Assembly: GCA_951406725.2 (NCBI GenBank)
Contig: OX597821.1
Coordinates: 34,658,001-34,722,000 of the forward strand
Length of the DNA: 64,000 nt
Source of the DNA: Octopus vulgaris
Lineage: Eukaryota
Direction of reading: 5' to 3'
How positions within the stretch are numbered: position 1 is the first letter of the stretch; every line of letters starts with the position of its first letter. The translations under genes and the position numbers were made by a program. Below, piece by piece: positions 1 through 14,205 of the stretch. The notes beneath the pieces are model-generated. The model worked only from the letters and a program-made list of their open reading frames with translations. It was not told the DNA's origin and made no database searches.

Positions 1-1163
1 TATCTAATAGTCTGAACATGGCAGTCTTTTCTGAACTTTGTTTCAGTTTCTGAAGCATGAAACAAGATGGGCCTGTCACATGTGTGATATCACTGGTGCT
101 CTGTCTGTCCTCTTGAAAATGTCTTATAAAATTATGCTGTCTGCAAGCTGATATTGAAGACACATGATGTTTTTTCTATAAGTTTCCAGCACAACAGGCA
201 AAGAACCAGTGGTTATCATATCCAAATTCCTGAATACTGGTGTGAAACTATGAAACTGAAGTGGCTACAGGCACTAAGTAGATATCTATGTCTCTGAGTA
301 CTGTCAGGTCTGGTAATCTGCATAAAGGCTTGAATTCAGGTTAACTTGTTTAACTGCATCAAAATATTTATTTGTCATGATTTGAGTCACTTAAAATATG
401 CTCTAAGGTATATATTTCATGGCCTGTAGAATGTCTTATACCACTCTGTCCTTTTAAAGTAGAATGGTACATGGATCAAGAAGGAGGGGAAAAAAGAAGG
501 GATCTGGGTACCTTTTAGCCAAGTTCCCTCTATTGCAAACATCGAAGTCAGGTCTCTGGTCTGACAGGCCTGGCAAAGGATGATGGATACCTCTCTCCAT
601 CCTTTTCTGAAGAATTTCCTCAAAGCATGTTGTATTGATCACTTTATGAGGCTTGATTTGATTAGAGTAGTTTCAAATTTGAAATCTTGACTTTAAAATG
701 TGACTTTAAATTATATCTGTTAGTGGAACTTTAGTTTGGGGATTCCAAGGTTTTGAAGGGTGTAGAACCACCTCTTGGCTACTTTTGTTCCCACATCTAC
801 TTTCACCCAGAGCAGTGGCACCTGTCAGGGTCTCTTCTACAGGTTAAATAGCATCTAGCCATCTGAGCTGTTGAAGTATGTTGAAGTCATGAGATGCAGC
901 ATGATGGATAGGAACTATTTTGGCTGGAGAACTTATTTGGTCAATGGTGAATATCACCTGATGCTGACAAATTGTCAGCGGCCAGGATCATCCAGTTCAG
1001 TTAGTGAACTATTGCTACCAGCTATCAAAATACCAATGTGACTAAAACAAACCCAAGCCAGACATTGATGCCTCATCGCCCAATCAGGATGTCTGTCCAG
1101 GCAAGTTACCAGACACAAATGAACAGAGTCTCAAATCATGTTTGAATATCTTTTCATTACAGA

Positions 1164-1357
1164 AGATAGCAAGCTGGCAGAATCATTAGGGAGTTAGGTA
1201 AAATGCTTAGCAGCAATTCATCCATTTTCACATTCTAAGTTCAAATTCTGCGACGGTCAGCTTTGCCTTTCATCCTTTCAGTTGAGTACTGGGGTTGGTG
1301 TGATCAACTTGCCTCCTCCTCTGAAATTGCTGGCAATGTGTCTATGTTAGAAACTAA
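1164..1357 (+). mobile_element. SINE family B, diverged
   Basis: aagctggcagaatcattag...agttcaaattctg...ctttgcctttcatcctttc. Confidence 0.7.
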
Positions 1358-2298
1358 GGTCTTTTCATTACAAGTAAAAAGCTTTGAAGAGGCACTGAAG
1401 CTTGTTCTATTTGCAATGAGTTCAATCTCAGTTGTAAACACAGCTTTAGACTCTTGGATAGGACACTAAGGATTGCAACCGCTTTGGTACTGTTCCATTC
1501 TGGCATTTTCAGGCAACACAGTGCTTTTCAGTGTGAGCAGCATCTGCAGAACATGATGTATGAATCATCTGCAGAATCTTCTCCCAGTAATATTGAGGTA
1601 TTATCTAAGCCATTAATTACCTAAATTAATCAATTTCATTAGGATTACAGGAAGCACTTGCTATAGAGTTTCATGCGCCGCTGCATGATTACTTCTGTCA
1701 GAATGAATATCAGAATGGATGGGCTAAGCTGCATAGGCTCTCGTTTTTCATAGTTAAATATATTTTTGATTTTTTAGCAGTAATATTTTGTGCGTGTATA
1801 TATAATGTGTGTGTGTGTGTGTATTTTGTGCGTGTATATATAATGTGTGTGTGTGTATATATATATATATACATGTAACAAGAAGCACATGATAAACAGA
1901 CTAGTTGTTAGCTTTAGTAAAAAATGTTTTTAAATATGTGTTTGTGTATATAAATTTAGTGTATGTTTTGTGTGTGTGTGTGTGTGTGTATGTATATAAA
2001 TTCCAGGAAGCAAAGTACATTAATTATAGAAATATTTGTTTATCATTTCTATGGATAATTGAAAACCACATCCAATTAAATATTTATTTTGGTAAACACA
2101 TTGAGAGAGAGCATTCGCTGGGTTACTTTGCATGAACATTAATCAAGAACCTATTAAAGTGTTTTTAAAAATGGATTTTTAGGAACAGAAACTAACGAAG
2201 AAAACTTACTTCTTGCCATTTTTGGAATTTATGCTTCTTTTGTTAAATAATCAAAATTCTTTTTCTTTTTCATATTTAAATCATAGTGCTTTAAATAC

Positions 2299-2383
<85 letters not shown>

Positions 2384-2713
2384 CATTTTTGTTTTTATTT
2401 TAAACAAATGACAAATTTAGGAAAAAGTATAAAATAAAAATAAAAGGATAAACAGGCATATAAATAGAACAATTTTGAAAACAAGATCTAGCACCATTTA
2501 TGATTTAAAAACAAAATTTTTTTTTTTTCTTTTACTTCAAAACTACAATCTATCTTCTTAGATGTACATTTCATTGTGCATATTATTTATTTTTTGAAAC
2601 TCTTTAATTTCGTTCTTGGTTTTATCATTGTTTCACCAAATATATTTCTCATCATATTTAGCTTGATTTTTGTTTAGGCTGAATTTTCTAATTTCAAAAT
2701 TTTTTTATTTATT

Positions 2714-2811
<98 letters not shown>

Positions 2812-2812
2812 G

Positions 2813-2877
2813 AAAAGAAGCCATTTTTCGATTCTTGTGTTTTGTATTTTTGTCTGTGTGGTAGAAAAATATTATAG
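2813..2877 (+). CDS. Candidate alternative terminal exon (phase 1: EKKPFFDSCVLYFCLCGRKIL*)
   Basis: AG at 2811-2812 after a long T/(CT)n tract; phase is assumed; no homology recognised. Confidence 0.25.
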
Positions 2878-5069
2878 AATTTTTTTTTTTATTTTTGAAA
2901 TATTTTATTCAATATTATACTTTCCTTTAGATTCTTCTCTTTTACTTCCTTGTTCCTTCCTAATGTTCTTGAAATATTCTATTCAGTTCTGTTTTCCATT
3001 TACTACAATCTAGCTGGAGTGGAAGGGATCAGGTAGGGTGGGTGATAAAATTAATAGAAAATTATTTGTTTTTAAATTCATTTTCTAAATAAATTTTAGA
3101 TTCAAGTGTTAGTATTTGTCATAACTGGTTAAATTGAGGTTCTGTTGCAGTGTTTTCTGCTTTTCTTTCCTTTCCCCCTCCCTCCCCCTTGCTTCTATTA
3201 ATACCTTATTTGTTCGATAAGCGCCAGACATTGCTGTTAATGCTTTTAATGGCATTGTAAATAGAAAACCTGAGACTGTAGGAATTAGTTGACTCCAAAA
3301 GAGATAACTTGCAAGGTTTACATGCTAGGACAACAAAACATTCGAGAGAGACTTTATTTTTATGTCATCCAAATTTTCTACGTGTGATAGTTTTTCATAT
3401 TTAAACTTTTGCATATTATTGGATTGGTAAATGCTTTTATTGTTGGAAGCGCTCTCAGCTACTAGCTAACCTCATTCTGAAGTAAGTGGGAGAGAGGCGA
3501 GGAAAAATGTGGAGCAGAGTTTCATCTTAGTCTTGATCTCGTGACCTTGTGGCTGGTACTCTAGCACGTTAACTCCTCAGCCATTTTGCTTGATTATCAG
3601 AAATGTAAGAAACATTTAAGGGACCATAAATATGACAACAACCACATGAAAGACCAAGTTATAAAATACTTTTTGATACATTAGTGGAGGTAGATAGTAG
3701 ATAATTCTTGACTGCTCAACCCAGATAGATCCGGTATGAAGGGCTACAATCACATTAGCAAATGGGTATTTAACCATAGCTTTGTTTCAGTTTTAATTTT
3801 TTTTTTTTTTGCTTGTTTTATTTTTATCATCCTTAATGGAAAAAAGTAGATGGCACTCAAAAAGGCTTTGGACAACTAAGCTAGAAGGTCAGCACTTCGT
3901 ATCCTACAAATGTCAAGTTCTGTCTCATAGCCAAGACATGTTATTTCTCTTTTTTCAGTTAATAGTTTAGTTAGAGAGGTGATGGTAGTAACTATATTTC
4001 ACAGGACCCTGGAGAATGGTTGTAAGAAGGAGGAAGAACCCCCTAATCATGGGTCATCTTCAAACTAGACACTTGGTTTGAATGATCACAACAGATTGGA
4101 TTTCATTGAAGGTACCTAAGGGCTTGGTGCAGTGTTAAACAGGGCAACAAATTTAGTATACTGGCCGAAGAACAGATATAGCTTATGTGATTGGCTACCA
4201 CATAGTTTCCATCTATTTCATTAACTACCATCAGCATCAACTGAGGTGGGAGAACAGGTGTCAATGGACCCTCTATCATATTTTTTCTTTTTTTTTTGCT
4301 CCAGTGTATATCCTGCTCAGTTGATGGGATTCTTACCTTTTAGGTACTTGAGGACCTCAACAGTGCTGGTGCCATGTGAAAAGCACTCAGTACACTCTGT
4401 AAAGTGTTTGGTGTTGAGAAGAGCATCCCACCTGTAGAAACCATGCCAAAGCAGACATAGAACTTGGCAGAACCCCCTAACTCATGTGTTCTTGTCAAAC
4501 TTGTTGACCCATGACAGCATAGAAAAAAGGATGTTAAATTATGATGGTGATGACTACCTTAAGAAACAATACAGGAGGTAATTTATCAGGCTACTAAACC
4601 TATATAGATACATCTCTTCTGACAAGAAGATTACAATGGTTTGGTCATGCATTGCCCAAAGTATTACACTGTGGAACCGAACCCAAAACCATATGGTTGG
4701 GGAGCAAGCTTCTTACCACACAGACATGTTTGGACTAGTCTATAGAACAACATAGTTTTGAACTTATGATCTTTGTATTCAGTGGTCCAACATCCCAAGG
4801 ACCCTTTGGCCTTGCCAAATGCTATTGCTGCAAGGAGAAGCAAAAAAAAAACAAAGGAAAAGAAAGGAAAAAAATTAGAAAAAAAAATGTACCTAAGTCA
4901 CCTTTTGGCTAATCCCATCAGTTCATGAAATGAGGTTACTTGAGCCATTTTCATTTCTGTTAATTATAATGGAAATACAACTAACTTTTAGCAAATGTGA
5001 ACAACATGTTGTACGTATACAGGATTAGCCATGCTGGAAGATTATCTTTAGCTGCATTCAAGGAAGCAT

Positions 5070-5120
<51 letters not shown>

Positions 5121-6055
5121 GGATGACAGTGGTCAGGGAAAAGGTAGAGAGTGAAATCCTATTTGTCATTGAAAGTTGCTGGTTTTGAAAAATAAAAATA
5201 AAAAATTTAAAAAAAGGAAAAAAAAGATGCTGAAGATAATTGCAAGAAAGGGTGGTCATGGATAGGAGGATTATTATCGTTAAGAACAACAACAACAACA
5301 AAATATTAAAAAAATAAGAAAAAAATATCATGAACCCAAAAATATAACAATGTCACTGAAAGACTTCACAGGCCAGATTACCTATGTTGCACTATATTCT
5401 TTGACGACAGTTTGGAAGATACCAAAGCTGATTATTTCTGGGAATTACATTACCATTGATTACTTTATAGATATACTATAGTTTATCCCTATCCACCACT
5501 CTTTTAAATAATCATAGACATTTGTTTTTTTCCGTTTTTTTTTAATTATTATTTTTGTCTTTGCCGTTTTTATTATTTTTCTATGGGGGATTTATTATTG
5601 AACTAATATCCTATATATCACGATAAGAAATCTTCAAGAGGATTATCTTATAGTGCAAAGGGAATTATTACTTTTAATTGAAAACTGCCTCTCCTTATTT
5701 CACTCCTTCCTCTTTTCTACTGCTCCACCCTCATTCAATTCCATCTTTTATCTCTAATTATTCTGCTTCCTTCGCTCTCTCTCTCTCTCTTCCCACTTGT
5801 GTAAATTCTCTTTCCCAAGTGTATTTCCTTTCCTTGTTTTTGTACTCTTGAGAAAAATATATCGTTGTTGTGTAGTCTCAGTTCAGTTCTGACCCAATCT
5901 GAAAGAACTATAATCAAAACTGCACTAGCCATGGTCATCGTGTCTTTTATTCATACAAGTGTATATCTTAGGACTGCATTATCTATCATATCGTTATTTC
6001 TTTTAAGAATAAAGCAGCAAGCTGGCAAGACCATTAGCACTTTGGACAAAATACT

Positions 6056-6460
6056 TACTCTTACTCTTTTACTCTTTTACTTGTATCAGTCATTTGACTG
6101 CGGCCATGCTGGAGCACCGCCTTTAGTTGATCTAATCAACCCCGGGACTTATTCTTTTTGTAAGCCCAGTACTTATTCTATCGGTCTCTTTTGCCGAACC
6201 GCTAAGGAACGGTGACATAAACACACCAGCATCGGTTGTCAAGCAATGCTAGGGGGACAAACACAGACACACAAACACACACACATGCATATATATCTGT
6301 ACATATATACGATGAGCTTCTTTCAGTTTCCATCTACCAAATCCACTCACAAGGCTTTGGTCGGCCTGAGGTTATAGTAGAAGACACTTGCCCAAGGTGC
6401 CACGCAGTGGGACTGAACCCGGAACCATGTGGTTTGTAAACAAGCTACTTACCACACAGC
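6056..6460 (-). mobile_element. tRNA-derived CORE-type SINE, family A, inserted into a family B copy
   Basis: Minus strand: tRNA-like head with B box GGTTCAGTCCC, CORE-like ACCTTGGGCAAGTGTCTT, internal microsatellite, (AAGAGTAA)n tail; flanks 6011-6057 and 6459-6618 rejoin as family B. Confidence 0.85.
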
Positions 6461-7014
6461 GCTGTCTTTAAGTGCTGAGTTTAAATTCTGCCAAGGTCGA
6501 CAATGTCTTTCATCCTTTCAGCATTGATAAAATAGGTACCAGTCATGTACAGGGGTTAATGTAATTGACTTACCCCTTCTCTTAAAAGTTGCTTGCCCTG
6601 TGCCAAAATATGAAACCATTATTTCCTTTGAGAATGTAAGGAGGAAATTTGATGCGATTTCTAGCAGATTGAGTACCCACCTATAATCTATTTTGTAGAC
6701 TGCGACACATGGTGGATAGATTTGGATGGATTTTATAAATTTCCCTTTTCTTCTTGGCTGTTTCTTTGGTCATGGCTTTCTACTTCATTAAAATTAGGGG
6801 CACTGGACTACTAGCAACAAGGTCAAAAGTTTCACCCTTTAGCATTTGAATAATCAGGCCACATCCATCCAGTTCTATGTTCAAACCAGCCAGGTCTGGC
6901 CTTTCATTTTTCCCCTACAATATCATTCTAAAATAAAACAATTTCTTCATCAAAAGTTTGAAGCTACAAGATAATGTGGGATTAATTCAAAGCGATGTGA
7001 ATGAATAAGCATTA

Positions 7015-7351
7015 GGTGCATGGCTCAGTAGTTAGAACATCGGGCTCACAATTGTGAGGTTGTGTGCTCGATTCCTGGACCAGGCTGTGGTGTGTTGTGT
7101 TCTTGAGCAAGACACTTTATTTTACATTGCTCCAGTTCACTCATCTGAAGAAATGAGTTGTGATGTCACTGGTGCCAAGCTATATTGGCCTTTGGCTTTC
7201 CCTTGAATAACATCAGTGGTGTTGAGAGGGGAGGCTGGTATGCATGGGTGACTGCTGGTCTTCCATAAACAACCTTACCTGGACATGTGCCTCAGAGGGT
7301 AACTTTCTAGGTGCAATCCCATGGTCATTCATGACTGAAGGGGGTCTTTAC
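7015..7351 (+). mobile_element. tRNA-derived SINE family D, nested in a piggyBac-type MITE (~6833-7395)
   Basis: A box tggctcagtagttag, B-box-like gctcgattcc; other copies at 10449 and 61578. Confidence 0.8.
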
Positions 7352-7530
7352 TCTTTAAGCATATGAGAAAGTAATCTGAATGCTAAAAGGCTAACCTATA
7401 CCATCATTACTACCACTAATAACCACCTTTAAGTTTGTCACCTTTTGACAAGGCACAACACAATACTCCTTGCCTTGGTTTATTTGTCTCTGAGAAGTTG
7501 TTAACCTATATTTTCTCATACAAGTAGGAA

Positions 7531-7841
7531 TACTCTTTTACTTGTTTCAGTCATTTGACTGCGGCCATGCTGGAGCACCGCCTTTAGTTGAGCAAATCGA
7601 TCCCAGGACTTATTCTTTGTAAGCCCAGTACTTATTCTATCGGTCTCTTTTGCCGAACAGCTAAGTGACGGGGACGTAAACACACTAGCATCGGTTGTCA
7701 AGCAATGCTAGGGAGACAAACACAGACACACAAACACATACACACACACATACATATATATATACATATATACGACAGGCTTCTTTTAGTTTCTGTCTAC
7801 CAAATCCACTCACAAGGCATTGGTCGGCCACTCCTGCGCCT
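7531..7841 (-). mobile_element. SINE family A with internal deletion
   Basis: Matches the 14206 copy but jumps from ggtcggcc to actcctgcgcc. Confidence 0.85.
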
Positions 7842-9399
7842 TTCTTGCAACAGTAATTTTTTATGAAAACAAAATAAAGAAAAAGAACTGAAAATGCCAG
7901 TAAAAGAAAAAAAAAGAAGCAAGCCGACAGATTTGCCCAAACCTTACTAGTCATATTTACTCTGTATATCTTAGAATATTTCTTGCCAAATTAGGAATCT
8001 CATTTGGCAGGACATTGTATTCCGGTTCATTGTTGTCATGGTGATTTATTTTAGACCCTGCTCCAGTCTGGCCTCACTTCTTCAGACAGTTTATAGAAGA
8101 CAACACTTATTGAATGTATCATTTCTTTTCCAAGACAGTTTATAAAGTGTGATTTGAGGAAGGTTTGGCTGCAATTTCTAGTATGTCGGCTTGATGCTCC
8201 TTAATGCTAGTGTTTATATATCGATGTCTACTTTCTGATAACCGATCATGTTTAATCAGAAGCTTTCGGAGCATCAATATAGCTAACCTATTTTTGCCCC
8301 TTCTATTCTCCACCCTCCTCTTTCACCTCTCATTTTCTTCTTTTTCTTTCTTCTCCCCTTTTCCTTTTATTCTTCCCCTATTCTTTATTATTTCATTTGT
8401 TTTCTTTCTTCACACTCCCTCCAATACATTTATTCCCCCACTTCCCCTCTTATTTTTCTCCCCCTCCTACCCGGTCTTTTATTCTTCCCTCCTACCTTTG
8501 TTTTCCTCTTCTTTTCCACCTCCAGCCCTCACCCCCTCCTATTCCTTCATTCTCCATATGATTAGATCTATGTTCAGGAACAGATTATATCTTGAATTCT
8601 TTAATGGTGCCACCACTACATTAACAGACAGAACTACTTTGGTTCTATCTGATTGTTCCATTGCCCTCCAATATTGAAATTTAATGCAATAGCAAGTCTG
8701 CAGTTGTCAGTTCTTGTTTAGCCCCAAGCTAGCACTGATTGAATAGATCTATAATCAGGCATTCCAACCATGACCATCCTATCTTTTTGGGTTTTTTTTT
8801 TTTAAGGAATAGAACACTCTATTATCAAGTGTATCATTTTTTTTTTCTTTTTATAAACTGATAGTGTATGGCTTGAGGGACATTTCACTGCTGTCTCTTG
8901 GAGATTAATTGACCATATCAGGCTTCCTCATTGGCTCAGCTATCAGTAATAGAGTGGTTAGTGTAGTGGAAACATTGTAGGTACAAACTTGCATTTGGTG
9001 TTTTATTGTTATCGTTGAGCTGGACATGTCATTCTGCATTGTTGCTTCAGCCTACCTGGCTGTTGGCAACAGGTAACCAAATTACTTAGCAGTTAGATAG
9101 CAATATCACTCTATAAAAGCTATCTGAAATAAACTGCCATCCTATCCAAGAAGTAGCTTTACTTTTAATACCTACACCAACAATATAGTAATTGGCTGTG
9201 ACAACTTTCTCAGTTAGAATTCACAATTATTAGATGAAATTAAATTACACTCTGTGGAATTAATGAAGTTCCAGTCTTCAGAACCAAAGTTCAGTATTAG
9301 TAAGAATTATCCAACTGCACCTATTCTCTCAGCAGTGCATAGATCTGGTTAATTAGTAGAGAAGTTTACTTTGCAATCACAAGTTCTGGGTTCAGTTCC

Positions 9400-9634
9400 A
9401 CTCTTTTACTCTTTTACTTGTTTCAGTCATTTGACTGCGGCCATGCTGGAGCACCGCCTTTAGTCGAGGAAATCGATCCCAGGACTTATTCTTTGTAAGC
9501 CTAGCACTTATTCTATCGGTCTCTTTTGCTGAACCGCTAAGTTACGGGGACGTAAACACACCAGCATTGGTTGTCAAGCGATGTTGGGGGGACAAACACA
9601 GACACACAAACTTATACACACATATATATATATA
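9400..9634 (-). mobile_element. SINE family A, 3' half
   Basis: ctcttttacttgtttcagtcatttgactgcggccatgctggagcaccgcc... ending at a TA microsatellite. Confidence 0.85.
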
Positions 9635-9685
9635 TGAATAAATGAAAGAATGGAGTCGAACGAAGATGTTAACAAAATTCTTTTA

Positions 9686-9767
9686 CTCTCGACATATGTT
9701 TCGAAGACAACATGTTTTCATTCCAAAGGAATAAAGGGTGCATTATGCAATCTTCTCATCAGGAAAG
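9686..9767 (-). ncRNA. Type I hammerhead ribozyme motif (Penelope-type)
   Basis: Minus strand: CUUUC-CUGAUGA-GAAGAUUGCAU...AUGUUGUCUUC-GAAAC-AUAU-GUC-GAGAG; intact core, stems I and II, short palindromic stem III. Confidence 0.75.
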
Positions 9768-10448
9768 AAAGGGAGCCTCTCTCGACAACAAGACAAACAA
9801 AAATTTCGATGACTGCCTACATGGTAAACAAAGCGATAATGAGTGTTTTTTTAAAAAAAACCGTTAGAAGAATTGACGTCAAAGATAGATAGTAGGAAGA
9901 GAAAGGTTAAAGGAATAATAGGTAGTGGAGAGGGAAGGGTACGTTGATTGAAAGAATGTTCGAAGGCTTAGGAAAGAATTTGTTTTCGTTGATTCTGAGT
10001 TTTGAATTTCATTCCATTCCTTGCAGGATACATAGCAGTAATATTATATATACTAGGGTCAGTGGAGTCAACTATTTCTTCTCGGCCACTAATTTGATCT
10101 TTGCACCTGATAGAATGAAATTATTCACTAACTGCAATAAGCCTGTGCTGTACTTCACCTGTCCACTCATTATTTGACTCTACTGCACATTATGCACATG
10201 TACCTAGATATATGCACATTAACACCAACACATGCACTCTCATTCACCTACATGCACTCACATGTACATCTGCATGCTCACAAATGCTGCCTAAGATATA
10301 TATTTGTGCATTTATATATATATATATATAAATACATGTATGTTTATATTTAGATGCTCATTCACATATCTTTGTAAATACACACACACATACACCCCCC
10401 CCCATCCTCTTAGAACAATTGCTTGTGTGGTTATTAGTATTTGGTAAT

Positions 10449-10780
10449 AGAGTAAAGACCCCTTCCGGTTATGAACGACCGTGAGATTGCACCTAGAAAG
10501 TTACCCTCCGAGGCACAAGTCTGGGCTCAGTTGTGTATGGAAGAGCAGCAGTCACCCATAGCATACCCCTCTCCATGCCCCTGATGTTCTCCAAGGAAAA
10601 GACAAAGGCTAATACAGTTTGGTACCAGTGACGTCACAACTCACTTCCACAGCTGAGTGAACTGGAGCAACGTGAAATAAAGTGTCTTGCTCAAGAACAT
10701 AACACACAGCCCAGTCCGGGATTTGAACTCACTACCTCATGATTGTGAGCCCAACACTCTGACCACTCAGCTACATACCA
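10449..10780 (-). mobile_element. SINE family D
   Basis: Reverse complement of the 7015 copy. Confidence 0.8.
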
Positions 10781-11547
10781 GGAAATCCTATATCACAGTC
10801 AATACCAACAGTACTATCACCATCATTACTACCACCATCACCACTACTATACCAGTTGTATAACTAACCACGAACTACACCAAAGAAGCCTTTCTTAGGT
10901 CACTTGACTTACTAGAAATAACAACCAAATTCTCTCAAATCACACTGTATCATTAAAAAGTAAAAAGTAGGATACTTTAACATTTATTGATGTAGCTGTG
11001 CAAAATGATGAGTTGGTCAAGGCTGGAATGGCTTTGAATGAAATTCTGTTTAATCAGAGCTGGTTGAGACTAAACAGCATCATCATCACCAGAACTAATA
11101 GATTAACCAGATTAGACACTTGGTTAATCTATTAGTGATATTCACATGCACTAGTGTTCACTACATATGCACCTACATACAAGCATATGTACCCACACAT
11201 TGCCACACATATACATGTAGACACAGTCACAATCACACACATACATGTACATCTGCATGCACACACACACACACACCATATGTTTCCTTCTTTGTTTTGT
11301 TAGAAATTTATCTTGACTGGAAGTTGCTTTCAGAAGCATTTCATTTGAAGTTGTGCTCTTTCAACCACCACTGCTACAGCAGCCACCAGCAAAAATCCCT
11401 GCCATTACCACTTCAACCACAACTACAATTTCGACTAACGATTCTTTATGTTTTAGGCTCAAATACATTGAAAGTCAACTTTGTCATACATCCCTTGCTT
11501 CATGTTAAAATATATTGTACCAGTCTGAGACTAGGATTTATTTAACA

Positions 11548-11930
11548 CTAGCAGTATCGCCCGGCGTTGCTCGGGTTTGTAAGGGAAATAACTATAAAGC
11601 ATTTTTAGAGAGTTATAGCCCAAAAATAGCAAAAAAATGGGGGAAAAATGATGGTAAATTTTTTTGATAGTTAAAAAGGTCGAGTTGCGTCCCCTAGACC
11701 ATCTGTGGTTTGTGTTTCTGATTGTCGACCCCATGTCGAATTTATCGATCTTTTTCAGAACTGGGGGAACTTTTCAAAATTTTCGCTGCGTTAGTTTTGA
11801 ATTATGACATTGGGCTATGTGTGTGTCAAGTTTCATCAGAATCGGTTGAAAGCCATGGTCAGAGTGAGGGTACAACCAAACAGACACACAGAAACACACA
11901 CAGACAAACTGCCGTTTATATAGAGAGAGA
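11548..11930 (-). mobile_element. Non-autonomous Helitron
   Basis: Minus strand starts TC, ends with hairpin CCCGAGCAACGCCGGG then CTAG; inserted between A and T with no TSD. Confidence 0.8.
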
Positions 11931-12045
11931 TTTCTATAAATCATTCTAGATGCAAATGGAAATACAAAAGGATCTGATGAACCTATAATCAGCAAGGCAG
12001 TTACGATGGAATACACTGACATTAGCAAAGAAGATATACTACTAG

Positions 12046-12439
12046 TGTGATCGTTGCCAGAGCAACAAACCGGCTTCTGTGCCAGTGGCACGTAAAAAGC
12101 ACCATTCGAGCGTGGTCATTATCAGCGTCACCTTACTGGCACTTGTGCTGGTGGCATGTGAAAAAAACATTCGATTGAGGTTGTTGCAAGAGCTGCTGGA
12201 CTGGCTCCTGTACAGGTGGCATGTAAAAATCACCATTTGAGCGTGGCCGTTGCCCTTGTGCCGGTGACACGTAAAAGTCCCCACTACACTCTTGGAGTGG
12301 TTGGTGTTAGGAATGGCATCCAGCTGTAGAAACTCTGCCAGATCAGATGGGAGCCTGGTGCAGCCATCTGGTTTGTCAGTCCTCAGTCAAATCGTCCAAT
12401 ACATGGAAAGCGGATGTTAAACGTTGATGATGATGATGA
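12046..12439 (+). mobile_element. Retroposon family C (internal tandem subrepeats, (GAT)n tail)
   Basis: Repeated gtggcacgtaaaaagcaccatt units, then ggcatccagctgtagaaac...catggaaagcggatgttaaac(gat)n. Confidence 0.75.
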
Positions 12440-13028
12440 CAATATAATAAACATAAATTAAGCTAAAATTCTATAATTGAATCTAATTTTCCACTTATTC
12501 TAATTATGTAATATAGACTATATAATCTCATGCTAATTTATACACACTATACTACTACAAATTATAACTACTACAATTAGTAACATAAAATAGGGTTTAT
12601 ATATTTACACAAATTAGCTAAACTTATATAATAATTAATTTAATTTGTGTCTACATTTAATTTTTCGTTCCTTGAGGGAATTAATTAAATTTTTATTAGT
12701 TAATAATATATCCTTAAATTTATTAGTACATAATAAACAAAAATTACTGACTATTCGATATGATTTTGCCTTACAAACCATTTCCCAATTTAAATTGTTA
12801 CTACTATTTACTATTTTTTGTACTTTATTGATTTAAAATAATATTTTATTTTATAGTATATTTTTTCTATATGGTGTGAATAACATCTTTCTCTATTGAA
12901 TTTTTTAATAGTGGTTTTTCTCTAAATTATATACATATATTATATATACACACACACATATATATACACACACGTATATATATATATATATATATACATA
13001 TATATACATACATATATGTGTGTGTATG

Positions 13029-13123
<95 letters not shown>

Positions 13124-13125
<2 letters not shown>

Positions 13126-13512
13126 AAAGCAAATCAAGATCAAAATCAAAATGGAAATTGTAGTTGTGGATGATGCCAGTGCCGCCTGACTGGCACCCAT
13201 GGTGATGCCACATAATAAGCACCATTCAAGCATGGGTCGATGCCAGTGCTGCTTGACTGGCTCCCTGTGCTGGTGGCACATAAGTAGCACCACCCAAACA
13301 TGGTCAGTGCCAGTGCCACCCAGCTGGCTTCCATGCCAGTGGCATGTAAAAAGCATCCACTACACTCTCGGAATGGTTGGCACAAGAAAGTGCATCGAGC
13401 TGTAGAACCCTTGCTAGATCAGATTGGAGCCTGGAACAGCCTACTGGCTTCCCAGTCCCCAGCCAAACTGTCCAACCCATGCCAGCATGGAAAACGGACT
13501 TTAAACGATGAT
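13124..13512 (+). mobile_element. Retroposon family C
   Basis: Same organisation as the 12046 copy. Confidence 0.75.
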
Positions 13513-13564
13513 TATACATACACATATATATATATATGTATATGTATTTATATCTATGTGTGTA

Positions 13565-13768
13565 TGTTTGTCCTCCCATCACTGCTTGACAACCGGTATT
13601 GGTGTGTTTATGTCCCTGTAACTTAGCCGTTTGGTTAAAGGAACCAATAGGATAACTACTAGGCTTTAAAAAAAAATATATAGTCTTAGGGTCAATTTGT
13701 TCAACTAAAACCCTTCAGGCGATGCTCCAGCATGGCTGCAGTCAAATGACAGAAACAAGTAAAAGAAT
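13565..13768 (+). mobile_element. SINE family A, diverged 3' half
   Basis: ...gcttgacaaccgg...ctccagcatggctgcagtcaaatgacagaaacaagtaaaag. Confidence 0.7.
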
Positions 13769-14010
13769 ATGTTAATGGGTTTTGGGAATTATAATTTTTT
13801 CAAGCGAACTTTTATTTGTTTTTTTATTTTATTTTTTACACCTTGAAAAATGGCTTCTTGTTATATAAAATATTTAATTTGTATATCTATACTGTAATAA
13901 CTAAAACTGGTATCTTATTTTTTCTTTCTCTCTCTGTCTCTCTCTTTTCTTTATATATATTTTTTTGTCTTTTGTTTGTTTATTAATGTTTAATTTTTTC
14001 TTTTTGATAG

Positions 14011-14036
14011 ATTACAAGCATGTCCTGTCCATGTGA
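14011..14036 (+). CDS. Candidate alternative terminal exon (phase 1: DYKHVLSM*)
   Basis: AG at 14009-14010 preceded by a ~200-nt AG-free pyrimidine-rich zone (13805-14008); peptide parallels that at 19731. Confidence 0.4.
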
Positions 14037-14205
14037 AATCCTTGCACTTTCTCTTGCTTTGTCTCCTGAATCAGAGGTTTACAAAATATCTGGTTGTATA
14101 AGATTAGAAGGTCATCACAGTTGTTTGTTGAGCTTTGGGGGTCAGTTCAGTTCTGAGCAAAGAAGGTATTCCAGATGTGACCATACCACCATGTGATTTT
14201 TTTAT

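Noticed and set aside
417-790. Minus-strand ORFs at the window start
   Set aside because: No intact domain; at best a heavily decayed RTE-type LINE 3' end.
5700-5892. Pyrimidine tract with a possible acceptor at 5875 (VSVQF*)
   Set aside because: Other AGs lie between the tract and this site; weak support.
8204-8677. 157-aa ORF and long pyrimidine tract with CTAAC
   Set aside because: Low-complexity F/S/P/L translation; two competing AGs (8525, 8565) and no convincing donor, so no exon was called.
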